51,538 nucleotides of DNA from a virus (lineage: Duplodnaviria; Heunggongvirae; Uroviricota; Caudoviricetes). This document shows, one piece after another, positions 45,293 through 51,538 of the stretch (position 1 is the first letter of the stretch; the number at the start of each line of letters is the position of its first letter). The stretch spans positions 1 through 51,538 of IMG/VR virus record IMGVR_UViG_3300026078_000021; one strand, given 5' to 3'. Made by a program: the position numbers and the translations under genes. The notes beneath the pieces were generated by a model. It did no database searches, was not told the origin of the DNA, and saw nothing but the letters and a program-made list of their open reading frames with translations.

Positions 45293-45972
45293 GGCTTGCC
45301 CTGCGCCGGGTCTTCCACGACCTCCGCGTCCACGATCGCCTCGGTGGTACCGGGCGGCGGTGCGGCGGCGATCCGGTTGGCGATCTGCCGGCGCTCGGGT
45401 TTGGAGGCGGCGGCGATCAGGTTGAGCAGCTGCTCGATCTCGTGGTCCATCGCGTCCTGCGTACGCACCTCCACGCGGGTGACGGCCGGCTTGTCCAGGG
45501 CCTGGATGCGGCGGCGTTCCCGGCTGATGACCACGAGCCGGTCGATCGCGGCGAGCGTCGGGCCGATGTCGATCAGCGGCTCACCGGTGCGGGGGTCCTC
45601 GACCACGCGCCCGGAGTTGGAGATCACGTAGTGCTTCTGGTCGAGCATCCCCATCACGATGCGCGAGAGGTGGTCGTAGCGGGCCAGCTCCAGGGCTACC
45701 GCGACCTCGTTGTCCTCGTGCAGCACGCGCAGGCGTTCGGCGGCGCGGTCGACGGCTTCTTTCGCGGCTTTGGTGGTGGGGTAGGACAGGGCCTTGGCGA
45801 TCTGGGGGTAGGAGTAGTGCTGGCGGCGCAGTTCGAGTGCTTCGGCGTCGCGGTGGGTGCGGGCGAGTTCCGCGTTGCTGGGGCGTTTGGGTTCGTCTTC
45901 GGGTAGCGGCTTGTCGGCCGGGTCGGGGCCGGCGGGCCAGGAGGCGTCGCGCGGCAGCTCGATCTCGTCCAT
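45289..45972 (-). CDS. terS: Terminase small subunit (HTH)
   Basis: ALELRRQHYSYPQIAKAL..LELARYD..AIDRLVVISRERRRIQALD; upstream of terL. Confidence 0.75.
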   Translation of the reverse strand: MDEIELPRDASWPAGPDPADKPLPEDEPKRPSNAELARTHRDAEALELRRQHYSYPQIAKALSYPTTKAAKEAVDRAAERLRVLHEDNEVAVALELARYDHLSRIVMGMLDQKHYVISNSGRVVEDPRTGEPLIDIGPTLAAIDRLVVISRERRRIQALDKPAVTRVEVRTQDAMDHEIEQLLNLIAAASKPERRQIANRIAAAPPPGTTEAIVDAEVVEDPAQGKP

Positions 45973-46018
45973 CACACCCCCTCGTGCGATAAGGTGACGT
46001 CGGGCCAACCCCAGGGGT

Positions 46019-46052
46019 CCGGCTCGGTCCACGTCGTGGGGGTCCGAGCCGG
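46019..46052 (-). terminator. Hairpin upstream of terS
   Basis: CCGGCTCGG...CCGAGCCGG stem with inner CCAC/GTGG pairing. Confidence 0.4.
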
Positions 46053-46061
46053 GCCGCTGTT

Positions 46062-46529
46062 TTACGTGACCTGGATTTGCCCCGTGTTGATGATCACGGT
46101 TTCCGGGGTGGCTTGGATCTGAATCCACACCGTGTAGGTCAGCCCGGCGCTCAGCGTGATCGTTCCGCCATTGGGGCCCACCAGGCACTGGGCGACGTAC
46201 TGGCCCTGCGCGGTCGTGGTCCAGGACGCAGCTTTCCAGTCCCCGGACGCGGGGTTCGCCGCGCCGTTGATGAACGCCATCTCCACCACGAAACTCGTGG
46301 GGTTGACCACGATCCCGAGCTGGTCGGCGTACACGGGGACACGCACGTACGGCGTGGCGAGCGAGGAGAGCTCGAACGGCACGAACGCCACCCCCTCGCT
46401 CGTGTCGTCGCTGCTGGGCGGTTGTGTGAGCCACTTGCCTTGCGGTTCGGCGACCCGCCACACCGTGACCGGCGGCTGCGCGGTCCATTTGGGGACCGGG
46501 TCGCCGACGTGTACGCGCAGCGACACCAC
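46062..46529 (-). CDS. Virion-associated protein paired with the upstream tailspike
   Basis: YVRVPV..NPT..VEMAF..GDWKAASW..AQCLVGP..YTVWIQI; RBS TAAAGGAG. Confidence 0.65.
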   Translation of the reverse strand: MVSLRVHVGDPVPKWTAQPPVTVWRVAEPQGKWLTQPPSSDDTSEGVAFVPFELSSLATPYVRVPVYADQLGIVVNPTSFVVEMAFINGAANPASGDWKAASWTTTAQGQYVAQCLVGPNGGTITLSAGLTYTVWIQIQATPETVIINTGQIQVT

Positions 46530-46537
46530 GGGCTCCT

Positions 46538-49216
46538 TTAGTCCAGGACCCACACGGCGGTCGGGATGGTGGTGCCGCTGGAGGTGTTGATCTTGACGTA
46601 TTGGCCCGGTCCGACGCGCACCGGGAACGGCACGCTGATCGTCCCGGCGGCGGTGAAGTCAGCCACCGTGCTCACCGCCGGCACCGAGTTGCCGCCGGCG
46701 AGCGCGGAGACCTGGATGGTGGTCAGGTTCGCGCCGCCCGTCAGATACACCGTCGCGGGTCTCCAGAGGTTGTTCATCACCGCCGTGTTCGCCGACAAGG
46801 CCGGCGGGGCGGACGCGACACCCGGACTGATCTGCTCTTTGATGACGCGCGCCAGGAATCCGGTGCCGGTGGCCACCGTGATCGCGCTCGGCGAGCCGGT
46901 GATCCGGATCTCGCCCGTCAGCGTGTTCAGGCTCGCGCCGTTGCTCGGGTTGTCCCGAAACTGGATCGTGCCCTCGGTGTCCATCGTCCAGTGCACGATG
47001 GGACCGATGCTCGCCGCACCAGAACCAAACACATTGATGTGGTACGTGCACGCCTCGACGCAGAGTTGATCAAACCAGGACGCGTGCAGCGCCGAGACGG
47101 TCCCGGACGCGGCCGAGTCGCCGTAGGCGCCGCACGGGCAGATCCCCGACCAGCAGTACAGGATCGTCACGTCGTTGCCGACGGTGTGCTCCATGGCCAC
47201 CAGGCCGTAGGTGTATCCGCCGTTGCATACCACGTTGTTGAGATAGTTGCTGGCGTTGTTCCCGTTCGACGGCATCAGCAGCCCGACGGCCAGGCCGCCG
47301 GCAAGCAGGGTGACGTTCGTGAAGTCGCCGTTGTTGCCGTTGAAAAGTTCGATCACACCGGTGGTGCCGTAGGTGAAGTTCCTCGCGTGGAACCTGGCGA
47401 TCCCGAACATGTTCGCGGCCGAATACGTCCAACCCGAGTTGCTGTGTGTGGTCAGGATGCTGATGTCCTGGAAGACCACGCACGTGTTCGAGTACAGCGG
47501 CGTCGGGGTGCCGACACCGTAGCCGTTCTTGCCGGTGCCCCCGCCGATCACGGACGGGTTACCGCCGAAGCCACCGCTCAAACCGTTGATGCTGTTGGAC
47601 TGGGCGGTGGACGAGGTGAACACCCCGAACGAGACGATCGGCGAACCGCTCAGCGCCGGGTAGGTGCTGTTCCAGTACCGCGTCTGGCCGCCGTCGCCGA
47701 CACCCCGGAAGATCAACGTGACCGCGCTGTTGTGCTCGGCGTTGACCGGGATCGTCAACTGGCTGTTATAGACAGCGTTGGTTCCGTCGGTGTTCTTCAG
47801 CACGCCGCCGATCGCGTAGAACAAACCGGCCGGGGCGGGGAAGAACACCTCGCCGACGCCGTGCGTGCCCGCGTAGGTGTTCGCGGACGCGATCGTGCTC
47901 TGGACGGCGGCGGTGTCATCGGTGCCCCACAAAACCTGGAGCCCGCTCGCGGTCTGGGTTGGTGTCGTGTTGAACGTCGCGGTGAACGAGGTCGAGGAGT
48001 TCACGGCGGTGATCGTGCCGACGGCGGTGGTCTGCCCGGAGGTGCTGCGGTCCTGGAGGGCGTTCTTCACCGCGACGACCTTGCCCACGTCGCCTGCGGT
48101 CAGCACCGCCTCGCCGATGGTGACGGTGCTGGAGGAGGCGGTGGTGGCGCCGGTGTTCGACAGCTTCCCGTCGCCTTTCGCGCCGGCCGCCATGACGCTG
48201 AAGCGCCACGCCTCCAACGGGTGCGTGTGGCCGCCGTCCGCCGCCAGGCCCGTCGCCCCGGCGTTCGCCGTGCCCTGCGGTTGCAGATCGGAGGCGTTGC
48301 CGTCCAGACGCAGCGCGCCCTGGGCGCCGGTGGTGCCGGTGGGCAGGTCCCCGGCCGCGATAGCGGCCAGCGACGCGTTGGTGCCATCGGAGCGCAAATA
48401 GTGCCCGGAGGACTGACTACCCGTCAGAGCATTGATGGCCGCCTGCTGCGAGCCCTGGCCGGTGCCGCCCTGGGTGATGGCGAGCGTGCCGGTGACGTCC
48501 GCCGCCTGGAGGCCGGAGAGCGCCGCGTTGGTGCCATCGGACCTTAGATACTTGCCGCTGGACTGCGCGCCAGTGAGGGAGTTGATCGCAGCCTGTTGTG
48601 TCGCAGCCGCCGTACCGCCCTGCGCGAGCGGCAGCGGGGCAGACAGGTGTGTGCCGACCACCTGCGGGCTGGCGTTCGTGCCGCCCAGGTCGCCGGCGAT
48701 CTGCACTCCGCCGGCGGGAGCGGCCCACGTGCCGTCGGCGCGCAGGAAATCCGCCGTGCCCCCCGGCGGGGTCGCGATGCTGGTCGGGCCGAGCGCGAAG
48801 CCACCTGTAAACGTGTTGGTGCCGGTCCACGTGTTGGCCAGGGCCAGCACGCCGAACGGGGAGACCGTCGGCAGCGTCGTGACGGGGGCGATCGCTGCCA
48901 GGTCAACGGTCGCGCCGAGCGTGTGCGGCAGCGAGATCAGGTACTGGCGGCTATCACCGCTGACCGTCTCAACGACCGTGTACACGAAGCCGGTCGGGGA
49001 GAGCGTGGTGTTGTCGGTGCACGGCAGTACCACGCTGAACGCGCCGTTGGACAGGGTCGCGGTGACGGTGACGCCGGAGAGGAACGCCGGCGCGGTCGGG
49101 TCCGCGAACGGGCTGGCAGAGGCGATGAACTGGACGGTGCCGGACAGCGCGTTGCCCTGAAGGTCGTAGAAACTGCCGGTGACCGTGATCGTCGTGACGT
49201 TACCGGGCAGGCTCAC
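46538..49216 (-). CDS. Second tailspike/fibre with beta-helix, located before the terminase
   Basis: N-terminal TVTGSFYDLQG..FSVVLPCTD anchor; two about 50-aa repeats (QGGT..QQAAIN.LTG.QSSG.YLRSDGTN); FSVMAAGAKGDG..GTDDTAAVQ..VFFPAP. Confidence 0.8.
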   Translation of the reverse strand: MSLPGNVTTITVTGSFYDLQGNALSGTVQFIASASPFADPTAPAFLSGVTVTATLSNGAFSVVLPCTDNTTLSPTGFVYTVVETVSGDSRQYLISLPHTLGATVDLAAIAPVTTLPTVSPFGVLALANTWTGTNTFTGGFALGPTSIATPPGGTADFLRADGTWAAPAGGVQIAGDLGGTNASPQVVGTHLSAPLPLAQGGTAAATQQAAINSLTGAQSSGKYLRSDGTNAALSGLQAADVTGTLAITQGGTGQGSQQAAINALTGSQSSGHYLRSDGTNASLAAIAAGDLPTGTTGAQGALRLDGNASDLQPQGTANAGATGLAADGGHTHPLEAWRFSVMAAGAKGDGKLSNTGATTASSSTVTIGEAVLTAGDVGKVVAVKNALQDRSTSGQTTAVGTITAVNSSTSFTATFNTTPTQTASGLQVLWGTDDTAAVQSTIASANTYAGTHGVGEVFFPAPAGLFYAIGGVLKNTDGTNAVYNSQLTIPVNAEHNSAVTLIFRGVGDGGQTRYWNSTYPALSGSPIVSFGVFTSSTAQSNSINGLSGGFGGNPSVIGGGTGKNGYGVGTPTPLYSNTCVVFQDISILTTHSNSGWTYSAANMFGIARFHARNFTYGTTGVIELFNGNNGDFTNVTLLAGGLAVGLLMPSNGNNASNYLNNVVCNGGYTYGLVAMEHTVGNDVTILYCWSGICPCGAYGDSAASGTVSALHASWFDQLCVEACTYHINVFGSGAASIGPIVHWTMDTEGTIQFRDNPSNGASLNTLTGEIRITGSPSAITVATGTGFLARVIKEQISPGVASAPPALSANTAVMNNLWRPATVYLTGGANLTTIQVSALAGGNSVPAVSTVADFTAAGTISVPFPVRVGPGQYVKINTSSGTTIPTAVWVLD

Positions 49217-49718
49217 CGGTCACCTCCAGGGCGAACGGGCGCATGGTGTTGCGCGCGGCGAGCATGCCCGGGGTGACGGCAGCCGGTGAGCCCTGGCCGC
49301 ACAGCCAGTCGACGCCTGCGGCCTGCCCGCATGCGGCGACGACCTGCGAGCAGATCATGGCGCGCTCGTTGTCGGCGGCGCGGGTGAGCCACCGCCAGCG
49401 CAGTCCGAGCGCGGACAGGCCCAGGCGCACGATGTCCAGGTAGCCGTAGGGCACGCCGAGCAGCGCGGTGGCTTTGGCCACGACGCGCTTGCGCTGCTCG
49501 TCGGTAAGGCTCTCGTCGGTGTCGGCGAGCATCGGGTAGCCGGCGTAGGTGCTCAGCGGGACCTCGCGGCAGCCGCCGGGCTGCGCTTCGATGATGCGCC
49601 CATCGCCGGCGTAGATGAACGCGTGGTCGTAGGGGGAGCGGGTGAACAGGCGAATGGAGAGGGGCACGAACCCGTGGGTGCGTACGCACACGTAGGTGCC
49701 GGGCAGCAGGTCAGCCAC
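49200..49718 (-). CDS. Permuted papain-like NlpC/P60 (YiiX/YebB-like) enzyme
   Basis: YDHAFIY..IIEA..GVPYGY..MICSQVVA: His precedes the catalytic Cys. Confidence 0.85.
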   Translation of the reverse strand: MADLLPGTYVCVRTHGFVPLSIRLFTRSPYDHAFIYAGDGRIIEAQPGGCREVPLSTYAGYPMLADTDESLTDEQRKRVVAKATALLGVPYGYLDIVRLGLSALGLRWRWLTRAADNERAMICSQVVAACGQAAGVDWLCGQGSPAAVTPGMLAARNTMRPFALEVTGEPAR

Positions 49719-49767
49719 ACCACCCCCGGAGCTGTGTTGTTATTGGGCTGTTCCTGCACGAGGAATG

Positions 49768-49808
49768 ACGGTGCCCCCGCGTAGCTGTCCGCCACGCGGG
49801 GGCACCGT
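49768..49808. repeat. 15-bp perfect inverted repeat between divergent genes
   Basis: ACGGTGCCCCCGCGT-N11-ACGCGGGGGCACCGT. Confidence 0.7.
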
Positions 49809-49833
49809 GCTGTCTGGCGGTATGATCGATGTC

Positions 49834-50163
49834 ATGTGCCGGTACGCGCAGGGCAGGATCTACAAGACGCACTGGGTGTGCACCCGTTGCCGGGTCTCGT
49901 TCAAGTACCTGCCGGACTACGTCGTCGTCTCACTGCTGGACGCCTCGATCGAGCGGATCGAGGCGCGCCGCTGCCCGCACTGCGGGCTGGCGATGATCGA
50001 CGCCGGCCGGGATCTGGCGGTGCCGCGCAAGGCTGATAGGGCCGGATGGCGCACGCTGGTCGCGCTTTTGGAGCGCGGGGTGCGGTTCCACAGTTGCGGC
50101 TGCACGGGCCCGGGTTACCGTCCGCGCACGCCGGGACAGTTGCGGCGCTGGGCGCCCACGTAG
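49834..50163 (+). CDS. Cys-rich Zn-ribbon hypothetical protein, opposite strand
   Basis: YKTHWVCTRCRVSFK..CPHCG..DAGRDLAVPRK..W..CGC.GPGYRPRT; TATGAT 7 nt before the ATG. Confidence 0.7.
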   Translation: MCRYAQGRIYKTHWVCTRCRVSFKYLPDYVVVSLLDASIERIEARRCPHCGLAMIDAGRDLAVPRKADRAGWRTLVALLERGVRFHSCGCTGPGYRPRTPGQLRRWAPT

Positions 50164-50307
50164 CCCGCGCGGCGTGCTACAGTATGACCGCTCCTTCTGG
50201 CGGTGGCGGACACCACGCGAGTTGGGAGTACAGCCGGAGGACCCCCGCGTCGTACATCGTTCTAGCCGACGAGTGCGACCAGACAGCGCGGGGGTCTTCT
50301 GTCGTCC

Positions 50308-50787
50308 TCAGCGCACCGGGGCGTCCAACTCGATCAGCGGGCGCAACTCGGCGTGCGGGACGAAGAACGCCGGGGCCCGGCCGCCGTGCTCGCGCAGCCA
50401 CTGCGGGCGTTTCGCATCCCGCCCGAATATCCACCCGTGGATTTGGAAGCGCGGCAGCGTACCGGTCACCAGGATGAACCGGTCGTCGTCGCGGTCATCC
50501 TCGCGCACGATCAACTCATAGTCGTGGCGTGAACGGGTGCGCACCTGAAGCGTGCCGACGTCCCCGCCCGCCTTGAAGGTGCCCACCGGCATCTGCCAGT
50601 AGCGGTCGAGAGCTTTCGCGGCGGCCATCTCGCCGGCCGCGCCCTCGATATGCAGCGTCCAGGAGTCCTCGCCACCGGCGCCGTGCTTATCGGCCAGCCC
50701 GCGCGTGAGGGCATCGATCTGCCGCTCGGCACCGGTGAGGATCGCCGCGCGGGCCTCCGTCGGCGTCAGGGTGATCGAAACGGCCAT
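50308..50787 (-). CDS. Hypothetical protein, possibly PD-(D/E)XK-like fold
   Basis: EGAAGEMAAAK..GGDVGTLQVRT..FILV..GWI; TACTCT 6 nt before the ATG. Confidence 0.55.
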   Translation of the reverse strand: MAVSITLTPTEARAAILTGAERQIDALTRGLADKHGAGGEDSWTLHIEGAAGEMAAAKALDRYWQMPVGTFKAGGDVGTLQVRTRSRHDYELIVREDDRDDDRFILVTGTLPRFQIHGWIFGRDAKRPQWLREHGGRAPAFFVPHAELRPLIELDAPVR

Positions 50788-50838
50788 GGCCGCAGAGTAA
50801 AGCCCCTGCGGCCATGTAGCAACGCTCGTATCTAAAGA

Positions 50839-51414
50839 CTATTCCATACTGTCGAGCGCTTTCCTGGCCAGGGACGAGAGCCCCTCCAAACCCTCGGCGA
50901 GCGAAGCGAGTGCTTCGCGCGCCTTGGCGCGGGTCTCGCGGCTGCGTGAAGCCACCATCTCGTCGATCACGCGCTGGATATCCGCATACGGGTCCTGCTG
51001 CGGCGCCTGGTCGACGACCTGCGGTGCGTCCTGGGCGGCCTGCTCGACCGGCACAGGGACCGGCACGGGGACCGGCCCGTTCCAGGTGTCCGAGACCCAG
51101 AACTTAGACGGCTTCTGGTTGGCTCCCGGCTTGAGCAGCGCCACGTTCACCGCGCTGTAGAGGCGGTCACGGACGGCGTTCCACGCGGCGGCTGTCCCGT
51201 TCACGCTCAGGTGCGGCCACCACTCGCGGATCAGTTTCGACGCGCTGCCGTACCACCACACGCCGGGTCGGCCGTTGTATTTGCGTTCCCCGGGATCGGC
51301 GGTCTCGCGCATGTGGTGCCAGATGGCGTATGCGGCGGCGGCGTAGTCCTGCTCGGGGGAGGAGGGCCTGGAGGCTGGCACTGTGGCGGGCGCCGGGTCG
51401 TCTATGCTTGTCAT
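50839..51414 (-). CDS. Hypothetical protein with C-terminal coiled coil
   Basis: GC3-rich ORF; TAATGT 6 nt before the ATG. Confidence 0.6.
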   Translation of the reverse strand: MTSIDDPAPATVPASRPSSPEQDYAAAAYAIWHHMRETADPGERKYNGRPGVWWYGSASKLIREWWPHLSVNGTAAAWNAVRDRLYSAVNVALLKPGANQKPSKFWVSDTWNGPVPVPVPVPVEQAAQDAPQVVDQAPQQDPYADIQRVIDEMVASRSRETRAKAREALASLAEGLEGLSSLARKALDSME

Positions 51415-51455
51415 GCCACCACATTAGTCATATCGGTGCGCCGTGTCTGCCACGG

Positions 51456-51538
51456 CTACTTGAGCAGTTCGAGAAAGTCGCGGAACTCTCGCGCGCGGGT
51501 TTCCAACCACTCCGCCGTGCCCTCCATCAGGTCTCGCG
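51456..51538 (-). CDS. 3' end of a gene entering from outside the window (...RDLMEGTAEWLETRAREFRDFLELLK*)
   Basis: GC3-rich open frame ending in TAG at 51458-51456. Confidence 0.45.
   Translation of the reverse strand, partial: RDLMEGTAEWLETRAREFRDFLELLK

Noticed and set aside
50190-50281. Possible tRNA (GTTCTAGC loop, nearby CCA)
   Set aside because: No complementary acceptor stem or anticodon arm could be built
1-51538. Integrase, att site, terminase intein, CRISPR array, rRNA/tRNA
   Set aside because: No recombinase motifs, no intein signatures (TerL is normal length), no spaced repeats or RNA genes recognised

Overview
High-GC actinobacterial siphovirus-type (pro)phage; WhiB, DUF397 and a DUF1906 lysin point to a filamentous actinomycete host. 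No integrase, att site, tRNA or CRISPR array is visible, and the genes at both ends run off the window. 1-10.6 kb is a mostly + strand early region: GntR regulator, initiator with internal iterons, DnaC-like loader, WhiB, HNH-like, tandem-HTH repressor candidate, ParB-like DGQHR protein, small membrane proteins, metallophosphoesterase, PadR. 10.7-51.5 kb is a - strand late region, in transcription order: permuted NlpC/P60, tailspike, TerS, DNA methylase, TerL, accessory genes, portal-MuF-ParB fusion, HAD phosphatase, protease/scaffold, major capsid, head-tail genes, tail, lysis, DUF397. Best findings: (1) an ORF-less 298-nt group I intron splits the capsid gene, and a free-standing antisense LAGLIDADG gene abuts exon 2. 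The intronless junction is a GTAC-centred pseudo-palindrome and the endonuclease promoter copies exon 2, suggesting collaborative homing with autoregulation. (2) The tail chaperone appears to use a +1 UUU_CGN frameshift. (3) A portal-MuF-ParB/Srx triple fusion sits next to a HAD phosphatase. (4) One protein ends in an EF-Ts-like domain. All family calls come from motif recognition by eye; no searches were run.
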